From Candidatus Eiseniibacteriota bacterium (GTDB lineage: Bacteria; Eisenbacteria; RBG-16-71-46; JABDJR01; JAWXBZ01): a stretch of DNA of 51,848 bases. Of the stretch, positions 28,230-37,577 are shown in pieces. The stretch spans positions 1 through 51,848 of the forward strand of contig JAWXBZ010000067.1 of the NCBI GenBank assembly GCA_034440375.1, given 5' to 3'. Numbering within the stretch: the stretch's first letter is position 1; each line of letters starts with the position of its first letter. The position numbers and the translations under genes were made by a program. The notes under the pieces were generated by a model that was given only the letters and a program-made list of their open reading frames with translations, did no database searches and was not told where the DNA came from.

Positions 28230-29317
28230 CGAATGGGCACCCGGTTAAGTCGGTAGCCGAGACAGAGAAAGAGAATGAGGAACAGGAGCAGGCCGGCGGC
28301 GGCGATTCCGGCAGGACGGCGCGCCAGGAGACAACCGGCGGTCGCCGTCAGTCCCGAAGCAAGGAGCACAACCAGGAACGCGCGGCGCCGACAACCAAGC
28401 CAGGTGGCCAGTCGGTGCGTCGTGTGATCGAGCCCCCCCACCAGCGGGGATTGACGGCGGGATAGTCGGGTCACGGTCACAAATGTCATGTCGAAGATCG
28501 GCCAGCTCATGATCAAGGGCAACGCCAGCCACGTGGCGGTTGGGTCCATGAGGGTGGCGGTTGGGTCCATGAGGGTGGCGGTTGGGTCCATGAGGGTGGC
28601 GGTTGGGTCCAGAGCGGTGGCCGTTGTGCCGGCCGCAGAGGCGATCATCCAGCCGGTCGTGGCCAGGGCGGCGCCAAGGAAAAGGCTTCCAGCATCGCCG
28701 AGAAAGATCGAGGCCGGCGGACGATTCCAGAGAAGGAAACCGCCGATCGCTCCCGAGAGGACCAGCGCCACGCTCCGAAGCTCGGGACCACCGGCGAGGA
28801 TGGCCAGTCCACCGGCCGCCGGCAGCGCCGCACCGCCGAGCGCCCCATCCATGTTGTCGAGAAAGTTGCAGGCGTTCATCAAGCCGACCACCCAGAAGAG
28901 TCCGATGATGCCATCCAGGGCGGGTCGAACAAACGGTCCGCCCCCCCCCGCCGAGAGGAAACTGGCCGCGATCACGACCTGGCCGGCCATCTTGGCGGGA
29001 GGCGATAAATTCCGCCAATCATCGAGCAGACCCAGAAGGAAGGCGGCCACAGCCAGATAGAGCAGAAGTGTCGCCGGGGGCACGTTCAGCAGGGTCGCGG
29101 GGCGCCCGGCGACCGTCGTCAGGATCAGCCCGCTGGCGAACAGCCCCGCGATGTAGGCCGAGAGGACGGCCAGGCCGCCAAGGTAGGGAGTCGGTTTGTC
29201 ATGCAGTCGATCTTCCCGCGGCCGGGCCACGAAGCCGATACGCCGGGAAAGCAGGGCCACGAGAGGTGTCAATGCGATCGCGACCCCCAGTGCGACGAGC
29301 GGGCCGGCGTCGTTCAA
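28226..29317 (-). CDS. MraY/WecA/TagO-family polyprenyl-phosphate sugar-1-phosphate transferase
   Basis: PTPYLGGLAV, LGLLDD, MNACNFLDNMDG, WNRPPASIFLGDAGSLFLG, DHTTHRL; multiple TM helices. Confidence 0.9.
   Translation of the reverse strand: MNDAGPLVALGVAIALTPLVALLSRRIGFVARPREDRLHDKPTPYLGGLAVLSAYIAGLFASGLILTTVAGRPATLLNVPPATLLLYLAVAAFLLGLLDDWRNLSPPAKMAGQVVIAASFLSAGGGGPFVRPALDGIIGLFWVVGLMNACNFLDNMDGALGGAALPAAGGLAILAGGPELRSVALVLSGAIGGFLLWNRPPASIFLGDAGSLFLGAALATTGWMIASAAGTTATALDPTATLMDPTATLMDPTATLMDPTATWLALPLIMSWPIFDMTFVTVTRLSRRQSPLVGGLDHTTHRLATWLGCRRRAFLVVLLASGLTATAGCLLARRPAGIAAAGLLLFLILFLCLGYRLNRVPIR
28533..28611. repeat. In-frame 21-bp tandem repeat (3 full copies plus a 16-bp partial copy)
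   Basis: GTGGCGGTTGGGTCCATGAGG at 28533, 28554 and 28575, partial at 28596. Encodes (L/M)DPTAT repeats in the WecA-like protein. Confidence 0.95.
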
Positions 29318-29325
29318 CGCTTGGT

Positions 29326-30411
29326 TCAGTCGTTATCGCCGTGCTGCAGGACACCGACGGCGTCGGCGAGCACAACCGGGCGCTCCGTCGGACGGGACGA
29401 TCGCGGTGACGCGCCGCCATGCCCGCCGGCCATCGTTCCGGCCCGGCGTTCGGCCTCGATATTGGCGATGGTCAGGTCCAGCAATTGATCGAGCGAAACC
29501 TCGGGGCGATAGCCGACCAGGCCATGAATGCGGGAGAGATCGGGAACGCGCCTCGGCATGTCCTCGAAACCGGGACCGAAGGCCTCGTCATAGGGAATGC
29601 ACTCAAGCCTCGACCTGCTTCCGGTCCGCAAAACGATCCGTTCGGCCAGTTCGCGGACGCAGACTTCCTCGTCGGTACCGATGTTGAAGACCTGTCCGTT
29701 GGCATCCGGATGATCGGCCAGCATCAACACGCCGCGGACGACGTCGCCCACAAAGGAGAAGCAACGCGACTGCGTCCCATCGCCGTAGATGGTGATCGGA
29801 CGATCATCGAGTGCCTGCTCGACAAAACGCGGGATGACCATCCCGTAGGAGCCAACCTGGCGTGGACCGCAGGTGTTGAAACAGCGGACCAGCCGAATCG
29901 GCAGCCCCTTCTCACGGTGGTAGGCCAGGGCCAGGAATTCGTCGACCGACTTGGACGCGGCATACCCCCACCGGGTATACCGCGTGGCGCCCAGTATCCG
30001 ATCGTCATCCTCGTGCAGCGGGCCGCCATGACCCTTGCCGTAAATCTCGGACGAGGAAAAGAGGATGACCGGAACATGGCGTGGGGTGGCGGCTTCCAGA
30101 ATGTTTTCCGCCCCGTGAATGTTGTTTTTCAGCGAAAGCAGCGGATTGTCAACGACATAGCGCACGCCCACCGAGGCGGCCAGGTGGAAGATCTGGTCGA
30201 CATCGGCCACCATCCGGCGCACCAGATCCACATCAAGGACGGTGCCTTCGGTAAAGTGAAAACGAGAGTTTTTTTGCAGTTGCTGGATGTTGGCCATTCG
30301 GCCGGTCGCGAGATTGTCGACAACCCGGACATCGTGGCCCCGTTCCAGAAGGGCTTCCGAGAGATGTGAGCCGATAAAACCGGCACCACCGGTGACAAGG
30401 ATTCGTTTCAA
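29326..30411 (-). CDS. NAD-dependent nucleotide-sugar epimerase/dehydratase (extended SDR)
   Basis: ILVTGGAGFIGSHL, FHLAASVGV, SSSEIYG, YAASK, FNTCGPRQ, GDGTQSRCF. Start is TTG 30411 or ATG 30435. Confidence 0.92.
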   Translation of the reverse strand: MKRILVTGGAGFIGSHLSEALLERGHDVRVVDNLATGRMANIQQLQKNSRFHFTEGTVLDVDLVRRMVADVDQIFHLAASVGVRYVVDNPLLSLKNNIHGAENILEAATPRHVPVILFSSSEIYGKGHGGPLHEDDDRILGATRYTRWGYAASKSVDEFLALAYHREKGLPIRLVRCFNTCGPRQVGSYGMVIPRFVEQALDDRPITIYGDGTQSRCFSFVGDVVRGVLMLADHPDANGQVFNIGTDEEVCVRELAERIVLRTGSRSRLECIPYDEAFGPGFEDMPRRVPDLSRIHGLVGYRPEVSLDQLLDLTIANIEAERRAGTMAGGHGGASPRSSRPTERPVVLADAVGVLQHGDND

Positions 30412-30581
30412 CCTGGATCCCCCTGATCGGAGCATGTCTTCGTGGCCGATTGCCACGGATTGCATGCGGGGCCTTTGACGACGTGACGAACAGATTCATC
30501 GGCCCGAAGGCCGGATCGTTTATCAAATTCCGTCGTCTGTGGCCCTCCGCGAATCCCGTAAGTCCTTCAAAATTCAAGGGG

Positions 30582-30611
30582 AACGTACGAGAGGCCCGAA
30601 AAGGATGTCAA
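30582..30611 (-). promoter_or_regulatory. Putative sigma70 promoter for the epimerase-wecA-hem operon
   Basis: TTGACA-18 nt-TACGTT on the minus strand. Confidence 0.5.
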
Positions 30612-30642
30612 GGGGCTACTCTCCAGAACCGGTCGGACCGCC

Positions 30643-30671
30643 TTGTCTCGGTCCTCCTCCAAGTATATAAC
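30643..30671 (+). promoter_or_regulatory. Putative sigma70 promoter for the polysaccharide operon
   Basis: TTGTCT-17 nt-TATAAC, about 60 nt upstream of GTG 30731; back-to-back with the minus-strand promoter. Confidence 0.5.
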
Positions 30672-30730
30672 GTGGCCTGCCGGATGACATCCGGACCTTT
30701 AATTTCATCGAACCAGCCAAGGAGCATCAA

Positions 30731-31534
30731 GTGGCGGAGATCTACATTCCGATTCTGGCCTATCACCGGATAGTCGACGGAGTCGACTCGGGCCTTGCAG
30801 TCACGCCGGAGCAATTTGCCCACCAGCTGAACTGGCTGAAGAATCGGGGATATGTTGGCGTGTCGATGGCGGATGCCGTGGCGGCCCGTGCCGGGCGCCT
30901 GTCAGGGCAGGCCGGCGGTCGCGGCGGCGCCTGGAAGAATTACAAGGCGGTGGCCCTAACGTTCGATCATGGCTACGCCGACAATTTTCGGAATGCATTC
31001 CCGATCCTGAAAGAGCACGGGATTCCAGCCCACTTCTTCCTCGTGACCGGGTTCCTCGACACATCGAACCTCCTCCCGCTTCCGGGCAACCCGAACACCG
31101 ACCCGAAGCGTGATCGCCTGATGACCTGGGACGAGGCGATGCAGTTGAAGGAAGCCGGCATGGGGATCGGCGCGATGAGCGCGCATCATGTCGACCTGAC
31201 CTCCCTCGATGCGGCCGCCGCGAAGGAGGAAATCGATCAGTCACGCGATGCCGTGCGCGGTTTTCTCGGGGATGATCCGGACTACTTCAGCTATCCCTTC
31301 GGGAAGCTGACCCCCGCCCTGAAAGAGTTGGTCAAGGACTCCGGTTTCCGGGGGGCCGTGTACACGCCGGAGGGAAAGACCGGCGGCATCGATCGGTATT
31401 CCCTTCGACGAATCGGCATCCCGCCCGGACTCTCGGACAAGGCCTTCGCCTTCAAGGTCAGCGAACAGGCCGACACGATGCGCGAAAACCCGGCGATGTA
31501 TGCCCTCATGAAGGCGATGGGGAAAGCCTGGTAG
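30731..31534 (+). CDS. Polysaccharide deacetylase (CE4/NodB, IcaB-like)
   Basis: AAGGAG RBS; PILAYHRI, LTFDHGY, AFPILKEHG, MTWDE, FSYPFG. The catalytic motifs are variant. Confidence 0.85.
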   Translation: MAEIYIPILAYHRIVDGVDSGLAVTPEQFAHQLNWLKNRGYVGVSMADAVAARAGRLSGQAGGRGGAWKNYKAVALTFDHGYADNFRNAFPILKEHGIPAHFFLVTGFLDTSNLLPLPGNPNTDPKRDRLMTWDEAMQLKEAGMGIGAMSAHHVDLTSLDAAAAKEEIDQSRDAVRGFLGDDPDYFSYPFGKLTPALKELVKDSGFRGAVYTPEGKTGGIDRYSLRRIGIPPGLSDKAFAFKVSEQADTMRENPAMYALMKAMGKAW

Positions 31535-31624
31535 CCGTGGACGACCCCGCGTACTTGACCACCAGGAGCGTGATGTCGTCTCCCTGCGGCTCCTCCCCGC
31601 GCCACTGCCGATCCGGATGATCCG

Positions 31625-32740
31625 GTGAAGATCGCGATCATCATCAATTCGGCCCCCCCGTTTCCGGTTTCCGGTTCCGAACAACAGGGGATGACGATGG
31701 CGGGCCTGCTGGCGGCGCGCGGTCATGACGTCCGCCTCTTCGCCCGCGCCTACGGCGGCGCGCCGGTCGTCGAGTCGATGGACGGCTACCGGCTGATCCG
31801 CGTGCCGTTCGTGAACTGGCCGGCCCTTCAGTTCCTCTCGCACCGCTGGAACTTCGACCGCCTCTTCGCCCGTCACGCCGCCGATGTCGATGTCATCCTT
31901 GCGTACCAGACCTTTGTGCCGGGGTACCTCGGCGCGCGCGCGGGACAGCGTCACCAAATTCCGATGGTCCTCTGGATCCGCTCGATCATGGACTTCGAAC
32001 TGGCGAAGGTCCAGCGACTGGCCTGGGCCATGGGTCAGATACTCCCCCACTGCCGGCACCTGCTGCTGCAGAGCGAACGACTGCGAGCGCCGTTCCTGGC
32101 GGAGGTCAGGCAGTCGCTCGGACCGCCGATGGCCGATCGAATCGCGCAGCGGATTTCGATTGGTCGCAATGGGGTGGCGATCCACGCGGAGGGGCCTTCG
32201 GAGGGCGATGAACTCCTGGTGGTCGGGCGTCTCATCCCGCTCAAGGATCTGTCGACGCTGATCCGGGCGCTCAGGCTACTGCCGAACCCACCGCCGACCC
32301 GTTTCATCGGCGATGGGCCGCTGCTCGCCGCGCTCGAGAAGGAAGCGACGGGCTTGCCGGTCACGTTTGCCGGCCGCATCGATCCGGCCGATCTTCCGGC
32401 CGAGTACCGCCGGGCGCGAGTCCTGGTCATGACCTCCACCACCGAGGGGATGCCCAACGTCATCCTCGAAGCCATGGCCGCCGGTGTCCCGGTAGTCTCG
32501 ACGCCGGTCGGCTCGATCCCCGACATTGTGAAGCCTGATGAGACGGGATTCCTTTTTCCCGTCGGCGACGCGGAGGCGCTGGCCGCCCACCTCACCCGGC
32601 TGTTCGGCGACCGGGCGCTGCGTGATCGGCTGGCGGCGGGGGCGTTCGCTGAGGCGCGGCGCTATTCGTGGGAGCGGGTGGTGGGTGAGGTGGAAAGACT
32701 CCTCCAGCAACTGTCCCGGCCCTCCGGGAAAGGACAATGA
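31625..32740 (+). CDS. Glycosyltransferase family 4
   Basis: VGRLIPLKD, IGDGPL, EGMPNVILEAMAAGVPVV. Confidence 0.9.
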   Translation: MKIAIIINSAPPFPVSGSEQQGMTMAGLLAARGHDVRLFARAYGGAPVVESMDGYRLIRVPFVNWPALQFLSHRWNFDRLFARHAADVDVILAYQTFVPGYLGARAGQRHQIPMVLWIRSIMDFELAKVQRLAWAMGQILPHCRHLLLQSERLRAPFLAEVRQSLGPPMADRIAQRISIGRNGVAIHAEGPSEGDELLVVGRLIPLKDLSTLIRALRLLPNPPPTRFIGDGPLLAALEKEATGLPVTFAGRIDPADLPAEYRRARVLVMTSTTEGMPNVILEAMAAGVPVVSTPVGSIPDIVKPDETGFLFPVGDAEALAAHLTRLFGDRALRDRLAAGAFAEARRYSWERVVGEVERLLQQLSRPSGKGQ

Positions 32741-35085
32741 GCGGGCTGTTGGAAGCTCCGACCCCAGCGGAGCGACGGTCCGGGGATCGTACGGCCTTGA
32801 ACATCGGGCTGTACGGCATGGCTCAGGTGGCGAATGCCGCACTGGCCCTGATCCTGATCGGCCTGCTCACGCGGACTCTCGGCCGCGCTGGATTTGGGGA
32901 ATTCTCATTCGCTTTTGTCGTCGCTTCGCTCGGGGCCATGTTTGCCGACTTCGGCCTTGGCCCATGGCTGACGCGCGCCGTGAGCCGCAATGCCTCGCAG
33001 GCGGGACCGCTCCTCGACCGGGTCTTGTCGATCCGGTTTCCACTTCTCATCGCATCGGCGGCCCTCCTGCTCGCGGTCATGAGCATCTACCTGGACTCGG
33101 TGGACCGGCTCTGGACGTTGGCCTTGATGATTGGCTACGTCTCCGGGCTCGGCTATTCGATGATCTACGAGAGTGCACTGATGGGAAGGCAGGACGTTCG
33201 CGGCGTGAGCACGGCCCTTCTCGCCGGAAAGGTCCTGGAAATCACCATGGTCCTTCTTGTCATGCTGCTGGCTCCCGCATGGGGACCGACGGCGGCGGCA
33301 GCGGCCATGGCTACTGCGGCTGGATTCCGGGTTGTTGTGGTGCGGATGCTGGTTTCCCGGGCGATTCGAGGCGATGCTCCGACGCCCTTGCCGCCCGAAT
33401 CGTCGGGCATGTGGCAAGTGCTCGGCGGGACGTTTCCGTTCGCCGCCGGCCTCATACTTTGGATGATCTACTCAAAGATCGATGTCCTTCTTCTCGAGCG
33501 AATGGTTCCGACCGATCAGCTCGGCGTCTACACAGCCGCATATCGCGTTGTGGAAGCCTTGTTCCTGATTCCGCGGAGCGTTGTCGGGGTCAATTTTCCA
33601 ATTTTTGCCGACGCGTGGACACGGGATAAACTTGACTCACGCCTCGAAGCCGCCCCCCTGCGGCTTCTTCTCGCGGGTGCACTAACCGCGACGACCACCC
33701 TCGTGATCCTTCCGGAGGACTCGCTTCGATTGCTGTTTGGCAACACCTTCAGCATCGGCGCCGGTGCACTGCGAATCCTGGGTCTGGCACTCCTTCCGCT
33801 ATTCTTGAACCAGTACCAGGCCATGTACCTCGGAGCCACCGATCGCCAGGTGGTTTGGATCAGGCGCCTCGCCATCGCCCTGGTCGGCAATCTTCTCTTG
33901 AACCTGATTCTCATCCCGCGATTCGGGATCGAGGGTGCGGCGGTCGCGACGCTGATTTCAGAAACGGCCCTCCTCGCCTCCTTCGTAGCATCTGATCACG
34001 CGCGCCTGGCCCGAATTCTCTCGATCTCCTGGATTGGGCGACTGCTTCTGGCCACCGCGCTCCTGGCCGCTGCTCTTGCGATCGTGCCCGGCCCGCTTCC
34101 ATGGCGCATCGCCCTTGCCATCACCCTCTTCGCGGGTGCCGGAATAGGTCTTCGAATAATCGACCCGGGATTCCTGCGTATCTTCCGGACGGATACCACC
34201 GACCCTCCCTCGCCGATCGATGCAACCAGCCTCGGTGAACCGAAAAATATGCCACCGACGCCCGCACTCAGCGTCGTCATCCTGGCATTCAACAGTTCCG
34301 CGACATTGTCCGCGACGCTGGAGAGCGTCCATGGAGCCGGCGAAATTCTTGTCATCGATTCGGGCAGCAGCGACGACACGGTCGACATCGCCCGCCGATA
34401 CGGTGCGAGCGTCGCAACTCGGCGGCTGACGGAGGGATGGGCCGCTCAGCGAAATTTCGGTCTGGACCTGGCCCGCGGATCCTGGATCCTGGCGATCGAC
34501 AGCGATGAAATCCTCGACACCGAACTCGCCGCAGCCATCGCCGAGGTCGCGAGGTCGCCGATGGATTTGCCCCGACCCGGCGGCTACTCGATCCGCGTCC
34601 TGAACTATTTTCTAGGCCGACCTCTACGGCACGGCGGACTCGAGCGGGACGATCACGTACGGCTGATTCGACGCGGCGCTGGGCGATGGATCGGTGATGT
34701 TCACGAAGTTCTGGAGGTGGCCGGCCCGATCGGCGTGCTGCCTGGGTTGGTACACCACCACACGGGAGCCACCATCGAGGAGCGCCTGTCCAAGATCGCC
34801 CGCTATGCGCGTCTTCGATCCCGGCAATGGTGCAACGAAGGGCGTCGCCCCTCGGCTGCCCGGACCATCTGGGAACCAATCCGGTTTCTGCTGGGCCGGC
34901 TGGTCATTCGCGGTGGGTGGCGAGACGGTTTGCACGGATTCCTTTGGTGGTGGCTCCAGGCAACCGAGTTGCTGGTGGCGAACTTTCTGATCACGGTCGA
35001 GGGCTTGTGCCCGCCAGAGGCAGAGCCTAAGATTTCCGACAGGACTACGAACGAACCACGCCCGGAGTCACATGTCGGAAACTGA
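32737..35085 (+). CDS. Wzx-type flippase fused to a GT2 glycosyltransferase (WaaE/KdtX-like)
   Basis: About 480-aa polytopic Wzx region (LTRTLGRAGFG, ADFGL, IYSKIDVLLL, LGVYTAAYR, LIPRFGIEGAAVAT), a Pro-rich linker, then LSVVILAFNS..IDSGSSDDT..QRNFGL..IDSDE..VHE; no intervening stop. Confidence 0.85.
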   Translation: MSGLLEAPTPAERRSGDRTALNIGLYGMAQVANAALALILIGLLTRTLGRAGFGEFSFAFVVASLGAMFADFGLGPWLTRAVSRNASQAGPLLDRVLSIRFPLLIASAALLLAVMSIYLDSVDRLWTLALMIGYVSGLGYSMIYESALMGRQDVRGVSTALLAGKVLEITMVLLVMLLAPAWGPTAAAAAMATAAGFRVVVVRMLVSRAIRGDAPTPLPPESSGMWQVLGGTFPFAAGLILWMIYSKIDVLLLERMVPTDQLGVYTAAYRVVEALFLIPRSVVGVNFPIFADAWTRDKLDSRLEAAPLRLLLAGALTATTTLVILPEDSLRLLFGNTFSIGAGALRILGLALLPLFLNQYQAMYLGATDRQVVWIRRLAIALVGNLLLNLILIPRFGIEGAAVATLISETALLASFVASDHARLARILSISWIGRLLLATALLAAALAIVPGPLPWRIALAITLFAGAGIGLRIIDPGFLRIFRTDTTDPPSPIDATSLGEPKNMPPTPALSVVILAFNSSATLSATLESVHGAGEILVIDSGSSDDTVDIARRYGASVATRRLTEGWAAQRNFGLDLARGSWILAIDSDEILDTELAAAIAEVARSPMDLPRPGGYSIRVLNYFLGRPLRHGGLERDDHVRLIRRGAGRWIGDVHEVLEVAGPIGVLPGLVHHHTGATIEERLSKIARYARLRSRQWCNEGRRPSAARTIWEPIRFLLGRLVIRGGWRDGLHGFLWWWLQATELLVANFLITVEGLCPPEAEPKISDRTTNEPRPESHVGN

Positions 35086-36142
35086 TCTCCTTCAATATGT
35101 CGGAATCTTGAGCCGCTGGAAGCGGTTTCTGATAGGCACGATCCTCGCAACCGCCATTGTTTCCGCCGTCGTCTCCTTTTTCCTTCCCAAATACTATGCG
35201 GCCCGTGCCACGATCCTCCCGCCGCAGAGTTCTGAAATCGGGGCCAGTCTTTCATCACTGCTCCAGGGGATCACGCTGCCCGGCATTGGAAACGTGGGTC
35301 CCACCGGGAGCGAAAGTCAGTTGTTTCTGGCCATCCTCGACAGCCGTACCCTCCGAACTCGCCTGATCGAGGATTTCGGCCTCAAGGCACTCTACAAGTC
35401 ACGCACGATGGACGATGCCCTGAAGGCCCATCGCACCCTGGCCAGGGCCGGCCTCACCGATCAGGGCGCCGTCGAGATCATCGTCGAGGATCGCGATCCG
35501 AAACGGGCGGCCGACGAAGCGAATGCCTGGGTCCGTCTCCTGGATGACTTCAACAAGAATTCACGGATGACCTCCGCCGGGAAAAATCGCGAGTTTGTCG
35601 AAGGACGCCTCGATGAAACCCGCCGGCGCCTGGCCGATGCCGAGGACCTGGTGGCCGTTTACCAGAAGTCGAACAAGTCGGTGCCACTCACCGCCGACAT
35701 CGAGCAGGCGGTCGATTCCGGCGCCAGTCTCATGGCGCAACGGATCGCCCTGCTGGTGAGACTCAACCGGTACACGGATATTTATCGAGCCGACGCACCG
35801 CAGGTGCAGCAGGCTCGCGCCGACCTCGCGGCCCTCGATCGCGAAATCGAATTGATGCCCCCCCTGGCCATGGAATTTGCCCGGTTGCTCCGGAATCTCA
35901 AGATCGAGGAACATGTCTTCACGCTCCTGACAGCCCAGTACGAAGAGGCACGCATCCAGGAGGTGAAGGACACTCCAACTCTTCAGATTCTTGACCTTGC
36001 CGTACCTCCCGAACGGCGAAGCCGTCCGATTCGCTGGCTCTTCTGCGCCAGCCTGACCGGGGCGGCCGTCGTGCTCTCCTTTGGAGTTGTTTTCACGGTG
36101 GAATTCATGCGCCGGCTTGGATTCCCGGGCCGAAGTGGCTGA
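35072..36142 (+). CDS. Wzz/GumC-type polysaccharide chain-length determinant
   Basis: N-terminal TM + LPKYYAARATILPP, coiled-coil middle, QILDLAVPPERRSRP + C-terminal TM. Confidence 0.85.
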   Translation: MSETDLLQYVGILSRWKRFLIGTILATAIVSAVVSFFLPKYYAARATILPPQSSEIGASLSSLLQGITLPGIGNVGPTGSESQLFLAILDSRTLRTRLIEDFGLKALYKSRTMDDALKAHRTLARAGLTDQGAVEIIVEDRDPKRAADEANAWVRLLDDFNKNSRMTSAGKNREFVEGRLDETRRRLADAEDLVAVYQKSNKSVPLTADIEQAVDSGASLMAQRIALLVRLNRYTDIYRADAPQVQQARADLAALDREIELMPPLAMEFARLLRNLKIEEHVFTLLTAQYEEARIQEVKDTPTLQILDLAVPPERRSRPIRWLFCASLTGAAVVLSFGVVFTVEFMRRLGFPGRSG

Positions 36143-37574
36143 AAACCTGGCCGGTCGGGTTGGCAGTGAGCCGGGTCACACTTCGGACGAGGGGAAGACT
36201 CCCTCGCACCGGCTGATTGCAATTCTCGCCGTCGCCGTGACGGTCGCCCTCTTCCTGCTTGGCTGGCTCGAGGTTCGGTCGTCCCCTCCGGCCCCCCTGG
36301 CACTGACCGTCGCGGTCATGTGCGCATTTGCGGTCCTCTGCGTCATCCGGCTTGAGGCCGCCTTTCTGAGTCTGCTGGTCCTGACACCATTTTCGGTGCA
36401 GTTCATCGTTCCGGGCACCGGCTCAGCGCTCCAGATCCCGACGGAGCCGATGCTCTTCCTGGCGTTGGGGGTCTGGCTGTTGCGGTCACTTGCCCGAGGT
36501 CACCACACGGTCGCTCAGCCGGCCTTGATCGGAGGCCTCTGTCTCGGGCTTTTGAGTTGCATTCTATCGATCGTGGACACCGAATTCCGATTCAACGCCG
36601 TCAAGGCCACCCTCAATGCAACCTGGTACGGCTTGTACGGCGTATTTCTCATCAATAACCTGTCGAGCCGAACATCGATGCTGGCGCTGATCCATGCCTG
36701 GGTCTGGCCGGCGCTGGCGATTGTCGGATTCAGTGCCTGGAATGTGATGACCGGCAACTACAATCGCTGGGGCGGCTACTATTTCGCCGAGCCGTTCTTC
36801 TATGACCATGGGACCTTTTCAGCCTACCTCTCTTTCATTTGTGCCCTGTCGCTTGCCTTATCCCTCGAACTCACCGGCCTGCCACGTGCCGCGTTCATCG
36901 TGCTGGCCGGGATCACCGGTGGTCAGGTCATTGTCTCCATGACACGTGGCGCCTGGCTCGGCCTTGCGGCACTGCTGCCGTTTCTTGTCATCAGCTATGG
37001 GCGACGCATCCTGCGCCCGGGAAACATCGGCCTGATAGCCGTCGCGGCCTGCCTGGTGACGGTGCTGATCATTCTTACCGGTAGCGAACGGGATATTGAA
37101 AAGCACAGCGGGACGCTGACCCAGGTGGGATACCAGTCGAATTTCGAACGTCTCAATCGATGGTATGCCGGATACCAGATGTTTCGTTCTGATCCGATAA
37201 ACGGAATCGGCTACGGCACATATCAAGATTACTACTTCAATTTCCGACGACAGGCACTCAGCACGGACCAATCACGTCAGCGCATGGGAGTTCACAACGA
37301 ATACCTGCGGGTATTGGCGGAAACGGGCATCGTGGGAGCCCTCGCGGCAACCCTTTCACTTTTCATTCTGACAAGAGTTGCCTGGCGGGCGATTCGCCGT
37401 ACAACCGATCCCCTCATTCGAGGCGTTGCCGTCGGGATGAGCGGGGGGCTGGTGACTTACCTGATTCACGCCATGGTGAACAACTACATCGAGTTCGACA
37501 AGGCCGCGATTCCCGTCTGGACCGCCATCGGGGCGCTGGGTGCGATCGAGCGCCGGCAGCGCCGCCGCGACTGA
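36135..37574 (+). CDS. O-antigen ligase/Wzy_C family membrane protein
   Basis: Polytopic; SMTRGAWLG, SNFERL..W, PINGIGYG, HNEYLRVLAETGIVG. Start placed at GTG 36135, overlapping the end of the wzz-like gene. Confidence 0.85.
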   Translation: MAENLAGRVGSEPGHTSDEGKTPSHRLIAILAVAVTVALFLLGWLEVRSSPPAPLALTVAVMCAFAVLCVIRLEAAFLSLLVLTPFSVQFIVPGTGSALQIPTEPMLFLALGVWLLRSLARGHHTVAQPALIGGLCLGLLSCILSIVDTEFRFNAVKATLNATWYGLYGVFLINNLSSRTSMLALIHAWVWPALAIVGFSAWNVMTGNYNRWGGYYFAEPFFYDHGTFSAYLSFICALSLALSLELTGLPRAAFIVLAGITGGQVIVSMTRGAWLGLAALLPFLVISYGRRILRPGNIGLIAVAACLVTVLIILTGSERDIEKHSGTLTQVGYQSNFERLNRWYAGYQMFRSDPINGIGYGTYQDYYFNFRRQALSTDQSRQRMGVHNEYLRVLAETGIVGALAATLSLFILTRVAWRAIRRTTDPLIRGVAVGMSGGLVTYLIHAMVNNYIEFDKAAIPVWTAIGALGAIERRQRRRD

Positions 37575-37577
37575 TCC

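Noticed and set aside
28533-28611. Possible CRISPR array
   Set aside because: The repeats are head-to-tail with no spacers, lie in frame inside a CDS, and no cas genes are present.
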